Shown here: one piece after another, positions 26,036-38,858 of the stretch
Numbering within the stretch: the first letter of the stretch is position 1
Layout of the letters: every line of letters begins with the position of its first letter
Assembly: GCF_004010195.1 (NCBI RefSeq)
Contig: NC_057719.1
Span: forward strand, 31,446,370-31,510,369
Length of the DNA stretch: 64,000 nucleotides
Direction: 5' to 3'
Source of the DNA: Chiloscyllium plagiosum
Lineage: Eukaryota
Notes under the pieces: generated by a model
Seen by the model: only the letters and a program-made list of their open reading frames with translations
The model's database searches: none
What the model was told of the DNA's origin: nothing
Translations under genes and position numbers: made by a program

Positions 26036-26880
26036 TTCTTTTATTCATTTGCAGGATATGGGCACCTCTGGCTAGGCGAATATTTATTACTAGCTCAAAT
26101 TACATTTTAAGTGATGGCCAGTTACCTTCTTGACCTGCTGCTGTCCATGTAGTTGAAGTACACCCATGGGTTAGGGAGGAGGATCCTGGATTATCATCCA
26201 GGGACGTTGAAGGAATAGTGATTAGGAAGAGCTGGTTTCAAGTCAGAATGACATTGTTGAAGATGCTGGAGGAACTGTTGCCCCGCATCCTGCAGATAGT
26301 ACACAGTATTGTTATTCAGCTTTTATGTGTAGTGAGTGAATGTTGAAGGTGCTGCTTTGGGGGCCAATCACATGGGCTGGTTTTTTTTCTCTAGATGGTG
26401 TCAAGCTTATTGGAACTGCATTCATCCAGTCAAGTGGTGTGTTCTGTCACACTCCTGACCTGTGCCTTGTAGATGCTGGAGAAGGTTTGAGGAATTGGGA
26501 GGTGAATTACCCACTGCAGAATTCCCAGCCCTTGACCTGTCCTTGTAGTCACAGTGTTTATGATCAGTCAAGTTCAGTTTCTAGTTATTGTTAACCCCCA
26601 GGATGTTAGTAGAGGAGATTCAATATAAGTAATTACTTTGAAAGTTAAGGGTTGAGGGTGGGGTTCTCTTTTGTTGGACATAGTCATTGCCTAACACTTG
26701 TGTGGCCCGAAAGTTGTTTACTAGTTATTGACCTAAGCCTGATACTCTCCAGGTCTTGTTGCATTTGGACCATGTACTATTACAATATTGAAGGAGTTGC
26801 GAGTGGTTCTGAATATTGTGCAATGATCAGCCTGATCTCTAACTTTATGACGGAGCGAAGGTCATTGATGAAATGGCTGT
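26036..26880 (-). mobile_element. CR1/L2-group LINE 3' fragment
   Basis: Colinear with 59630-61150 (ttattcattt...gggatg tail and RT remnant). Confidence 0.7.
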
Positions 26881-26904
26881 GATCTTTGCTTCATCAACTA
26901 CCTT

Positions 26905-27114
26905 AAAAAATGTGTTGCTGGAAAAGCACAGCAGGTCAGGCAGCATCAAAGGGGAAGGTGAATCGACGTTTCGGGCATAAGCCCTTCTGAAGGGCTTATG
27001 CCCGAAATGTCGATTCTCCTTCTCCTTCTCCTTTGATGCTGCCTGACCTGCTGCGCTTTTTCAGCAATACATTTTTAAGCTCTGATCTCCAGCATCTGCA
27101 GTCCTCACTTTCTC
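26905..27114. mobile_element. Palindromic Penelope-derived insertion with 16-bp TSD
   Basis: cttcatcaactacctt at 26889-26904 and 27115-27130. Near-perfect inverted arms centred at 26988 (gcccttc-t-gaagggc). Confidence 0.92.
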
Positions 27115-27485
27115 CTTCATCAACTACCTTCACATCTTGAAGACACTTGTCCTTGATGCAATGTTTGTTTACTGTTCATGCATTTCTTTTGTCTTGCTGT
27201 TCAGTTTGTGTTTTTTTTTAATGCTCCTGTGCATTAATGGGAGACGTTTTCTTCATTATTACTGCTACATCTACTGTGTCTTTAGAATATTATTCCTTGA
27301 AAATGTAAACCTCTTGCAAATTTTGAAGTCAGTTTCTACCTCTACTAAAATTTGTTGTGGTAGTAATCCTTGTAATGTCCATTATCCTTTATTCTTGAAA
27401 GAAAATTAGGCTATAATCATGTGGTAAAAAATGAAGTAAAAATTAACTACATAATTGCCAAGTTACTGATGTTCATATGTTACAG

Positions 27486-27638
27486 GAACATGAGTGTGGT
27501 GCAATCCATGAACTCTCTCTGTCAGAGTGGAGCCTTTGGCAAAATCGTCCATTTGCTACCTATTTGATTGATCACTCTGATCGCTGCCTGCACTTCATAA
27601 GCATTATGGACATGATTGATTTGATGAGACAAGAGGAG
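27486..27638 (+). CDS. FANCM: FANCM exon (approx. human exon 13), MHF-binding region
   Basis: gttacag acceptor and GAG|gtcagt donor; 153 nt, phase 0-0. Reads EHECGAIHELSLSEWSLWQNRPFATYLIDHSDRCLHFISIMDMIDLMRQEE. Confidence 0.96.
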
Positions 27639-27949
27639 GTCAGTGAGATAAGACTGGCATAACTTTTCAATATTGAAAAGCATTACTTCCAGTTAAGTTC
27701 TAAATTGTATACTTTGTTCCAATATGTTGTCTTAACTACCATGTTCTTTCCTTTTTGGGTTCCTTCTCACCACACCTCATGACTGGCCTGCTGCCATGTC
27801 CTTAGCAATGACGAGTACAGCTAGTGTGATTAATAAAATATATGCCTTATAGATCAGTCAAGAAATAAATATTAGCTTGACAAGATTTCAAATATAAAAC
27901 CCCATTATACCATTATCTTAAAGCAGATTTGATGTGAGTTTGATACTTA

Positions 27950-29790
27950 AATTCATACACAAATTCAAGGTTTTGAATATGTAAATTAATGTTAGCTATG
28001 GGTTGGGGTGATGTATTAGCATATGTTGTGGATTAATTGATAAACAGGAAACAGTATGAATAAAAAGAGGCATTTTCAAGTTGACAGGCTGTAGCTTGCT
28101 GCTGAAAGTATGAGAACTGGGATCTTGGCTATTTCCTTTTATAAATTAGTGACTCTGACAAAGAGACAGAATACTGTATCTAAATTTGCTGATGATACAA
28201 GTCATGTGAAATCGTGAGGAAGGCACAGGTTGATCAGATAAATAGACAAGTAAAATGATAACAGAGCATAACATGGGGAAGTATAATATTTTTTGCTTTG
28301 TAAGAACAGAAGAGTAGAATATTGTTCTTAAAGGCATGAAACTTGTTAAATGTTGATTTTCAGAGTCTTGTGTGTGATCAGACAAGGGACATAGCAAGTT
28401 GGTATAGAGGTACAACATACAATTAGGATGGCAAATAGCATGTTGGTATTTATTGCAAGGCATTGGGATATAGGAATAAAAACATCCTCCTAAAATAGTA
28501 TAGGGCTTTGGTGAGACCGCATCTGCAATATTGTCTACAGTTTTGACCTTTTGTATTCAAGGAAGCATATGCATTGGAGTTAAAACAGCGGTGGTGTGCT
28601 AGGTTGATCCTGTGATGTGTGGATTTTTGAGATGTTGAGTAAATTGGATCTATACTCTGGTGTTTAGCAGAATAAGAAAGAATCTCATTGAAACACACAA
28701 GTTGTGAAGGGCTTGACAGGGTAGACAGAGGTTGAGAGCTCTAAAACAGGACAATGGAGCCATAATTTAGTACTAAGATGAGGATAAATTATGTAAATTA
28801 CTTTAAATCTTTGTAGTACTCCATTGGAAGGGTTGTGGATGCTCCTCATTGAAGATTATGATGAAAGATGTGATATAATATCTTTTAAAAGAATTTAGAT
28901 TTCAAGCTAGTGGTGTATGGGATTTTTAATATTGTTTTATGAAGGGGTTTAAAAATGAAGGTGGTCTCTTGTTGGAGCCATGGTTTTAAACGAGTATTTG
29001 TTAGGCAGTTGTGACTGTTAATGATCGTTTGTTTTTACTGTGAGGGTTTATGGCAGAAGAGAGAAAGCATTTAAGCCCATTAACTGTAGTAGAATCCAGG
29101 ATAAACAAGTTTTTAAAAAATTTAGTTCAAAAGCTTTTAGTTCATTTTACAGGACACGTCACTGAAGTCAGGTGTTAGAATCATTTGTTTAGAAAAGGAG
29201 ATTGTTTAAAGCAATTAAGGAAAATATTTCCTTAGTGTAAGGCTTATAGCTTATGAAAGCTTCCAGACCATGGAGTGTTTGGTTGGAACTCTGAAGATTA
29301 TTCAAAGCTGAGAAAATTTAAGCTCCCAGTTGTAAGTGCATTCAATGGAAGGAATTAAGCAGTTATGTCAAACTTACAGTTTGGGCAAGGAAGGAAAATT
29401 TCTTAGATTCTATTGATTTGTTATGTTATGATGTGTCTTGATACTTTTCAAACTGTGCTACATTGCCCGTTTGCTCCATTTCTGTTTCATTTATTTTCTT
29501 GTTAAAACCAAATCTACAACGTGCTTATGTTTTAGTGAAAGATCATCACAATAAATTGAGAACAAAATATGACCTATCAAGCTAGATTTCTTTCTGGTAT
29601 CTGACTTGTCTAGCTAGGATCATAACAATATATTTACAGTTGAAACAGGCAGATTTTGGGTGTTTTTCGGAATTGAGGGAAGAGGAGAGCAACTGGAAAA
29701 GTGGAGTTTCAGCGTAAGATCAACTGTGATTGGGTTGAATGGCAGAGCAGGATAAACAGGCCATTTGTTCTACTTGTCTTTTCTGTGATT
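27950..29790 (+). mobile_element. Decayed CR1 RT/3' end interrupted by an LTR-like insert
   Basis: SKFADDT and ALVRPHLQYC remnants; the 3' UTR resumes after 29627. Confidence 0.7.
28854..29627. mobile_element. Possible solo LTR
   Basis: Insert of about 770 bp in a CR1, with ends (ga)ttatgat...atcataaca. No clean TSD. Confidence 0.4.
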
Positions 29791-31249
29791 TGTAATACCT
29801 AGTAAGGCATTCAGTGTTCTATTCAGTTAAGCCTATAGATATCAATTTAGGATTTAAGCTAGGGAAGGAAAGACAGTAGGTTAGGTGGTGGACCTGAGAT
29901 TGAATCTAACCCGGATTATCTTGATTGCATCTCGTCTGACATTTGGCTGTCAGGATAATGAGCAAGACTCATTCAGATTGTTTGTTCATGTTGTAGTTAT
30001 CAGCACTTTTTGAGTGAACTAAGATGCATTTTTTTCATAGTGCCTTCTGCTTTATCACTGAGGGCCCATTTTACCATCTTACGCTGTAGATCCATTTCTA
30101 AATGGGTAGGAGATGCTGTTATTCTGAGTTTGAGCCTTAAGCATGTGGTAACAGTTAATCTGGATGCACACTAGTTGAAGCAGATTCAGGGAGTTGAAAA
30201 AGAAAATCTTCTTTTCTCTAATATCTTTTGATTTCATGTTGCATCAAAAGGGAAATTTTCAAATAGCTCTGAACTTAAATTGAATTGCTCTTCTGTTTAC
30301 TTTATTGAATACAGAAATATCATGTGAGGAAAAAACAGTTGAGTTGGCAAGCTATACAAATTGGTTTTATTTGTACAATCAGAATCCAGCATGTGAATTT
30401 AAGCAGTCTTTTATTTGAAAAACAGTAGCTTGAAATGATTATTATTTAATTGTCAAATAGATGCCACTATTTTAAAGAAGAGATGGAAAATACGCTTTTA
30501 TACTTATATTTAGTAAATTAACATGTGACATGATAGGTTTCAGGATTTTTATTTTAGTTTTGTGACACCTGTATTATGAAAATGAAAAAAAAACCTGCTG
30601 ACAGGAGTTGGATGTTTTTCTAGTGTGCACTTGAGCAGCTAATTTTTATGGATTTAATGCAGTGTTAAAAATACCACAAAGGTTTTGGTGTACCTCTTGG
30701 TTACCATAGAGACTGGAATGACATACATAGTGATGCAAAATGATACTTTGATTCCTTTTCAGCTTTTTGACTATCTATGTCAAGGTTGGTGTATTTTTGC
30801 ATTTCTGTTAATAAGGGAACAAGTTAGTGTGACATTGCACTTGAAACTTGCGCACGGCAGTGAAAGAGTTTGCAAATGAATATAATTTGAGTCAAGTAAC
30901 TGAACATGTTTATTTCCACAGTACCCCAGTAACTGAGGTGGCCAATGTGGGGTCTTGGTTAGCTTGCATTCCATGCTGGAATGTTATCTTAGTAAAGGAG
31001 TTGAAGCTCGAAATGACTGACCCAAACTGATCAAGGCTCTGATGACTAATTAAAGTGGCTCCTGGTGCTCATTAATGAACCTTCCTATTTTGTTGCCTAT
31101 TGTTGCAAGTAATTGGAGGCAGACCTTTATCTCCAACCGTAGACACAACCTGTCAACAGTTCTGTTTTAGGTTGAGGCATTTGGTATGCCAGACTTGTCG
31201 ATTGCCACCTTAAGTTTGACCTTGTCTCCATCTGGCCTCACTTAGGGGA

Positions 31250-31355
31250 TGTGACCTTGATGGTGGTACTGTCCTACCTCTAAGCCAGAGGCCCGGTTTC
31301 AAGTCCCATTGCTCCAGAGGTTGTACTAACGTCTCTGAACAGGTTGATTAGAAAA
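31250..31355 (+). mobile_element. Short tRNA-derived SINE
   Basis: B-box-like ggtttcaagtcc and tail aggttgattagaaaa; homolog at 39243-39345. Confidence 0.6.
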
Positions 31356-31782
31356 CATGAACGTGACTTTGCTTCTGTTCTTAACCCTTGGGGTAGCATT
31401 GCGTTGAATGCAGTTGACTGAGCAAAGTTTTGTTCTATTCTGGCCTCTAAGTTGTGTGTGTTGCTGGTCCCCAAGCTTGTGTTAGCATTATAGCAAATCA
31501 AGTTTTGTCTGCTTCCTGCTCCTTGTTGCTATCTTGGGGTTGGGATTTAATGAGGTGACTTGTCGATTACTCCCAAGGCGATTACCCATTTACAGAGGTA
31601 AATCTTGCCTCTGAGTGCCTCATGATAAAATGATAAGTACTAGGTTATCATCATCAAAGGAGGATATGAATAATGAGACCTATTGAACTTGACAGTGAGG
31701 ATAATTTGGAGAAGAGGGTGCAGGGATAGTTGTGAATGTGTAAGGAATCTGGAATTGACACACACAAAGGAAAAATGTTTTC

Positions 31783-31986
31783 TGGTTGAGCTGCCAGAGG
31801 AAGTGGTGGAGGCTGGTACAATTGCAACATTTAAGAGGCATTTGCATGGGTATATGAATAGGAAGGGTTTGGAGGGATATGAGCTGGGTGCTGGCAGGTG
31901 GGACTAGATTGTGTTGGGATATCTGGTCGGCATGGACAGGTTGGACCGAAGGATCTGTTTCCATGCTGTACATCTCTATGACTCTG
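31783..31986 (+). mobile_element. CR1 3' tail fragment
   Basis: ELPEEVVEAGTIATFKRHL followed by a ctctatgactct tail. Confidence 0.9.
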
Positions 31987-32824
31987 TGTTCACTCCGGTA
32001 TTACTTCCTGCCCAAACACAAATGGCCTTCCCTTGTTCAGTTGTTTCCCCATTCTATTGCTTGGCTGTTTACCTGGAAAGGAAATGTTTGGTGTGAAATG
32101 AGGTTGGGTATATGGAGAATGTAGTAGTATTGCAGTCGCAATTCAAATGTTATTGAAGTTTGTTTGTGAGATGGGACCATCCATGTGAAATTATTAATTT
32201 TTTTGTGACCTGTTGCTGTTTCCTAAGATCAGATGTCCTGGCAATATCTTAGCAACAATATCTTTCCATATGCTCTGCAACATTTTCTTTTGTGGCCCAG
32301 TACTTACCCCTCCAATGGGTAAAACGTAACCCCACTCTTATTCTCCTTCAGTTCCATAGTCAAGAATTGATTCTTGACTTATTCTGATAAAAGCCATTGT
32401 TGATCTGTCCTTGCACTCCACATACCTTCAGTAGAAGGGTGTGCCTCAAGATTGTGTTTACAATGCTGTGAAAATTATTACTTTGTGCTTGAGTGCTAAA
32501 TATGTATGTATCAAGGTCAGTATGTCCAGGCATCTGTACCTCATGATAGTCAATAATTAGGCTTAAGATCACAGGTTGCAACTGTACTTGGAAACCAATA
32601 GATCTTAGTAATATTATACTATACTTATTACCTTATTCACACTCAGCACCAGTTTTGACCCTGTCCCCTAAATCCACCTAACACAAATCTACAGAGAAAG
32701 TAAACCTTGAAACATCAGTTTTGTGATTCCTGTTAAAAAATAAAATACAACTGAAATTTGATTTGTGCATTTTTTTTATGGCATTTTGTGTTTTTAATGG
32801 CTGCAAGCTTTTGTGAGTTCATAG

Positions 32825-32996
32825 CTTAAAAATGTGTTGCTGGAAAAGCGCAGCAGGTCAGGCAGCATCAAAGGAGAAGGAGAATTAACGTTTTGGGCAT
32901 AAGCCCTTCTTCAGGAATCATTCCAGCAATGCATTGCTTTTCCAGCAATGCATTTTTAAGCTCTGATCCCCAGCATCTGCAGTCCTCACTTTCTCC
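32825..32996. mobile_element. Penelope-derived palindromic insertion with most of the right arm deleted
   Basis: Same family as 26905. TSD-like tttgtgagttcatag (32810-32824) and tttgtgaggtgatag (32997-33011). Confidence 0.85.
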
Positions 32997-33400
32997 TTTG
33001 TGAGGTGATAGTCTGTTCAAATGTATGCGATTAGACTGTTATTTCCACTTGGGCGACTTCAAAGTTATTTACCACAGTATTTTTTTCAGACAGATGAAGA
33101 ATAGCTTATACGGAATCGACTTCTTTTTTTAAACTAATAATGATGGAAACAAGTGTCTTTTTGATGACTTGACCCTTTCCCATCATTTAATCTAATAGTG
33201 GATAGTATTTTGGCTTCATTTGTCAGTTTTGGTCTATTGTCATCAATGAACGTTTTGGGAAAAAAGGCTACAATCTTGACTGTAAAATTTCAGTTGGACC
33301 CATACCCACAGCCTATTAAGTAAGATAGTTCTAGATTTCTAATTTTGAATCTGTTGCCTTGTTCTGAATTCTACACCAGAATAAATATTTTTACTGTGTA

Positions 33401-33574
33401 CAGAGGAACCTTGATTATCTGAATGACATGGGCGTGGAGTATTTTGTTGGATGATCAAATGCTCGGATAATCGATTGCTGGATAACACATTTTAGCTGAG
33501 CATTGGGACCTTGTGCCCTTGCTGGAGAATCCAAAATTTGGATAATCGAATGCCGGATAACTGGGATTCCTCTG
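33401..33574. mobile_element. Tc1/pogo (Tigger-like) MITE
   Basis: TA|CAGAGGAACCTTGATTATCTG ... CGGATAACTGGGATTCCTCTG|TA imperfect TIRs with TA TSD; internal ggataatcga repeats. Confidence 0.85.
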
Positions 33575-33924
33575 TATACCCGACCAATTCCATTTGTCAT
33601 TTTCAAATAGCTCAGTTTGATTATCCTGGGAAGTGACTTTGGTTCAAAGAAAACTATTTCCTCAGCCATGACTCATTTTGATCCATTTGAGGTTGTGAGA
33701 GTTCCAATATAATTTCAAGCCTTCCTTTATTTTCTAAGTCAAGGAAATTCAAACCTGGTTTCTTCAATTTTTCATCCTAGTTTAATCCTTCAAATCAAGC
33801 TATCGTTCTCTCAAATCTGTGGTGGGTAGCAGTGTGCAAAACTGAATGCAGTACACTAAATAGGACTTAACCAAGGCTTTGTATGGCTTAAGTGTAGCTT
33901 CAACTCTTTTGTATTCCAGTCGTC

Positions 33925-36452
33925 TTGACTTCAGTAAGGAGTTCAACAAGGTTCTCCATGGGAGACTGGTTAACAAGGTTAAATCTCATGGAATACAAGG
34001 AGAACTAGCCATTTAGATACAGAAAACAGAGGGTGGTGGTGGAGGATGTTTTTCAGACTGGAGGCCTGTGACCAGTGGAGTATCATAAGGATTGGTGCTG
34101 GGTCAACTACTTATACACTTAATGGTAAGGTCCAAGGGAGTATTGCTGAACAAAGGAACCTTGGAGTGCAGGTTCATAGCTCCCTAAAAGTAGAGTTGCA
34201 GGTGAGTAGGGTAGTGAAGAAGGCGTTGTTATGCTTTCCTTTATTGGTCAGAGCATTGAGTATAGGAGATGGGAGGTCATGTTGGTGCTGTACAGGACAC
34301 TGGATAGGCCACTTTTGGAATATTATGTGCTATTCTGGTCTCCTTCCTATCGGAAGGATGTTGGAAAACTTGACAGGGTTCAGAAAAGATTTACAAGAAT
34401 GTTGCCAGGGTTGGAAGATTTGAGCTATAGGGGGAGGTTGAATAGGCTGGGGCTGTTTTCCCTGGAGCATGGAAGGCTGAGGAGTGACCTCATAGAGGTT
34501 TATAAAACCATGAGGGGCATGGATAGGATAAATAGAGTCATAGAGATGTACTGCATGGAAACAGACCCTTCAGTCCAACTCGTCCATGCCGACCAGATAT
34601 GCCAAACCAATCTAGTCCTACCTGCCAGCACCCGGCCCATATCCCTCCAAATCCTTCCTATTCATATACCCATCCTTTTAAATGTTGCAATCGTAGTAGC
34701 CTCCACCACTTTCTCTGGCTGCTCATTCCATACACGTACCACCTTCTGCATGAAAAGGTTGCCCCTCAGGTCTCTCGTATACCTTTCCCCTCTCACCCCC
34801 TACAGGGAAAAGATTTTGTGTATTTATCCTATTCATGCAATATTCCAACAGTGCCCTAACCAATGTCCTGTACAGTCACAACATGACCTCCCAACTCCTG
34901 TACTCAATACTCTGACCAATAAAGGAAAGCATACCAAACGCTGACTTCACTATCCTATCTACTTGCGACTCCACTTTCAAAGAGCTATGAACCTGCACTC
35001 CAAGGTCTCTTTGTTCATCAACACTCATATGACCTTACCCGTTAAGTGTATAAGTCCTGCTAAGATTTGCTTTCCCAAAATGCAGCACCTCACAGTTATT
35101 TAAATTAAACTCCAGCTGCCACTTCTCAGCCCATTGGCCCATCTGATCAAGACCCTGTTGTAATCTGACGTAACCTTCTTCGCTGTCCACTACACCTCCA
35201 ATTCTGGCGTCATCTGCAAACTTACTAACTATACCTCTAATGCTCAATTCCAAATCATTTATATAAATGAGGAAAAGTAGAGGACCCAGCACTGATCCTT
35301 TTGGCACTCCACTGGTCACAGGCCTCCAGTCTGAAAAACAACCCTCCTCCATCACCCTCTGTCTTCTTCCTTTGAGCCAGTTCTGTATCCAAATGCTAGT
35401 TCTCCATGTATTCCATGAAATCTAACCTTGCTAATCAGTCTCCCATGGGGAATCTTGTTGAATGCCTTACTGAAGTCTATATAGATCACGTCTAATGCTC
35501 AGCCCTCATCAATCCTCTTTGTTACTACTTCAAAAAACTCAATCAAGTTTGTGAGACCTGATTTCCCATGCACAAAGCCATGTTGACTATCCCAAATCAG
35601 TCCTTGCCTTTCCAAATACATGTACAACAACTGGCCCACCACTGACGTCAGGCTCACCGGTCTATAGTTCCCTGACTTGTCCTTATCACCCTTCCATGTT
35701 AGCCAATGTCCGGTCTTCTGACACCTCACCTGTGGTATCGATGATACAAATATCTCAGCAAGAGCCCCAGCAATCACTTCCCTTGCTTCCACAGAGTTCT
35801 AGGTACACCTGATCAGGTCCTGGGGATTTATTCACTTTTATATGTTTCAAGACATCCTGCACTTCCTTCTCTGTAATATGGACATTTTTCAAGATGTCAC
35901 CATCTATTTCCCTACATTCTATATCTTCCATGTCCTTTTCCACAGAAAATACTGATGCAAAATACTCATTTAGTATCTCCCCTATTTTCTGCGGCTGCAC
36001 ACAAAGGCCACCTTGCTGATTTTTGAGAGGCCCTATTATCTCCCTAGTTACCTTTTTGTCCTTAATGTATTTGTAAAAAAAACCTTTTAATTCTCCTTTA
36101 CTCTATTTGCCAAAGCTATCTCACAGACAAAGTCTCTTCCCTGGGGTGAGGCAGTCCTGTACTAGAGGGCATAGGTTTAGGGTGAGAGGAGAAAGATATA
36201 AAAGGGACCTAAGGAGCATCTTTTTCATGCAGAGGGTGGTGCATATATGGAATAAGCTGCCAAAGAAAGTGATGGAGGCTAATACAATTGCAACATTTAA
36301 AAGACATCTAGAGGGGTATTTGAATAGGAAGGGTTTAGAGGGACATGGGCCAAGTGTTGGCAAATGGGACTAGATTAGGTTGGGATATCTGGTCAGCATG
36401 GACGACTTGGACCGAAGGGTCTGTTTCTGTGTTGTACATCTCTAAGACTCTA
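33925..36452 (+). mobile_element. CR1 LINE (+) with a nested antisense CR1
   Basis: The + strand RT frame ...KTMRGMDRIN breaks at about 34533 and resumes as RQSLFPG...TRGHRFRV at about 36123, running to the tail at 36452. Confidence 0.88.
34533..36122 (-). mobile_element. CR1 LINE (-), nested and internally deleted
   Basis: Minus ORFs ILNEYFASVF, NYRPVSLTS, SGVPKGSVLGPLLF and KFADD; tail at 34533. Confidence 0.92.
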
Positions 36453-36729
36453 TATGGGTCAAAATTATATTAGTCTTTCTGGTTATATTTTTGTTTATGC
36501 CCTCTAGCTTTTAGCAGTTTATATGACTGGACACTGGAGTTTTCTTAATCTGTCACAGTTCTTCGTGTCTTATATTTAAAACATACTCAGCGTTGTCTAT
36601 ATTCTACAAACAAAATGGATGACCACGTACATATGCTTTCCTTTTTCATCATCCATTGTAATGTCAGGAGCAACCAACTTTCAAGAGGCCACATTCCCCT
36701 TAATATTATTTAGTTGAACTTTTGTAATA

Positions 36730-37945
36730 CTTTGACAAGATTCTACATTGTTGACTAATTAGTGAAGTTAAATCACATGGGATTCAGGATGAGCTTGCCA
36801 ATTGGATACAAAATTGGTTTAACAGCAGGAGACAGAGTGTGATGGTGAAGGGTTGTTCTTTGGACTGGAGGCCTGCGACCAGCTGTTTTCCAACGGGATC
36901 AGTGCTGGGTCCTTTTTTGTCATTAATATAAATGATTTAAATGAGAATATAGAAGGCATATCTAGTAAGTTTGTGGATGATGCCAAAATTGATAGTATAG
37001 TGGACAGAGAAGAAGGTCATATAAGATTATATAGAGATCTTGATCAATTGGGTCAATGGGCTGGAGGAGTTAAATTTGGGTAAATGCGAGGTATAGCATT
37101 TTGATAGAACAAACAAGGCAGGACATATACAATTAATGGAAGACCCTTGGGTAGTGTAGTAGAACAAAGAGACCCAGGGTTCAGGTATATAAGTTTTTGA
37201 AATTTGCATCACAGGTAGACAGGGTGGTTACGATTTTTCTGCTCCTCGGATGCTGTCTGACCTGCTGTGCTTTTCCAGCACCACTCTAATCTAGACTCTG
37301 ATCTCCAGCTTCTGCAGTCCTCACTTTCACCTAGTTAAGAAGCCATTTAGCACGTTTGCCTTCGTTACTCAGACCTTTGAGTACAGGAGTTGGGACGTTA
37401 TTTTGAGGTTGTACAGGATGTTGGTGAGGCCTTTTCTGGAGTACTATGTCCAGCCTGGTTGCCCTGCTATAGGAAGGACGTTATTAAGGATATTATTAAG
37501 CTGAAGTGGGTTCAGAAAAAGAATTACCAGGATGTTGCTGGGAATGATGGGTTTGAGTTATAAGGAGAGTTTGAATAGGCTGGAGCTTAGGAGGTCAAGA
37601 GGTGACCTTATACAGGTAGATGAAATCATGAGGGGTATGCATGTCTTTAGGGTGGGGGATTTCAAGACTGAGGGCATATTTTTAAGATGAGTGGAGGAAA
37701 ATTTAAAGATACGTGAGGGGCAATTTTTTTTATCATAGCATGGTTCATGTATGGAATGAACTTGTAGAGGAGCTGATGGATGCAGGTATAATTACAATGT
37801 TTCAAAGACATTTAGCTAAGTACATGAATAAGAAATATTTGGAGGGTATAGACCAAGCGCAGGCAGGTGAGACTGTTAGTTTGGGATTATGCTGGTATGG
37901 ACTGATTGGACTGAAGGTTTTGTAACTGTGTTGAATGACTGTATA
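36730..37945 (+). mobile_element. Decayed CR1 RT and 3' end
   Basis: FVININDL..SKFVDD and NFF...VWNEL remnants plus tail. Confidence 0.85.
37231..37333 (+). mobile_element. Penelope terminal-repeat 3' fragment inserted in a CR1
   Basis: cgatttttctgctcctcggatgctg...ctgcagtcctcactttc, lying between ggtggtta and gttaagaag of the host CR1. Confidence 0.85.
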
Positions 37946-38399
37946 ACTAGGCTCTCGATTTATTGTTTTTTTTATTGATGGTTTAATATCCTTTATCAAG
38001 TTTTTTTTTAAATTCCCTTTTGCACCTTATTCATTTCTTTGTATCCTTTAATTTTTTTTGTATAGTTTTTTTTTACAGTAAGTTGGATTTGCACTATTCC
38101 TTCTGTCATGAATGCTGCTTTTCATGAGCATTTTTTTGTGCTGCTGAACCCAGCATTCTGTGAGAAGATAACATTGAGGGCTCACTCAGCTCCAAAGTAG
38201 TTAAATTTAGACTACAATATTCCAAAATTAATTGCATGAAATGCCTCAAAATGGGTGGGGCTAATTGCAAGATTTTCAATTAGTTACTCAGAACAGTTTA
38301 AGGGCACTGAAGAGGAATCTCAGGTGACAGGCAGGAAAACTGGAAGTTGGGGATATGTGAGGACAGAAGGATGTTAGTACTTTGGAAGCAATTCAAATA

Positions 38400-38858
38400 G
38401 CGTTTATAGACTAATACTTGGAATGAGCTGATTATTTTAGTCAGGCTGGGCCCGAATCCTCAAGTTTAGAAGAGACAGTGGAGACTTAATTGGCGCACAC
38501 AAGATCCTGAGGGGACCTGGCTAGTTGAATGTTGAAAGGTTACTTTCTCTTGTTAAAGTCTAGAAGTAAGGGTCACAGTTTAAAAATAAGAGGATACCCA
38601 TTTAAAACTGACTTGAAGTTGTTTTTCTGAAAGTTGATAGTCTTTGGAATTCCCTTCTTTAAAAGTCAATGGCTACAGAATATTTATATTTTAGAAGATT
38701 GAGTTATATAGATTCTTGATTATCAAGGGGATGAAAGATTATTGGGGATAAGCAACAATGTAGAGCTGAGGTTAAAATCACTTCAGCTATAATCTTATTG
38801 AATAACGGAGCATGCTCAAAGGGCTGGGTAGCCTACTCTTGTTACTTTCTCGTATGTT
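38400..38858 (+). mobile_element. Decayed CR1 3' fragment
   Basis: GDLI...KILRG and SKGHSLKI remnants followed by a 3' UTR. Confidence 0.65.

Noticed and set aside
32358..32379. 10-bp inverted repeat agtcaagaat-tg-attcttgact
   Set aside because: It is short enough to be plausible by chance in 64 kb of AT-rich DNA, with no supporting context.
34231..34944. 237-aa ORF as a novel protein
   Set aside because: It is a chimera of a + CR1 RT fragment reading into an antisense CR1 tail.
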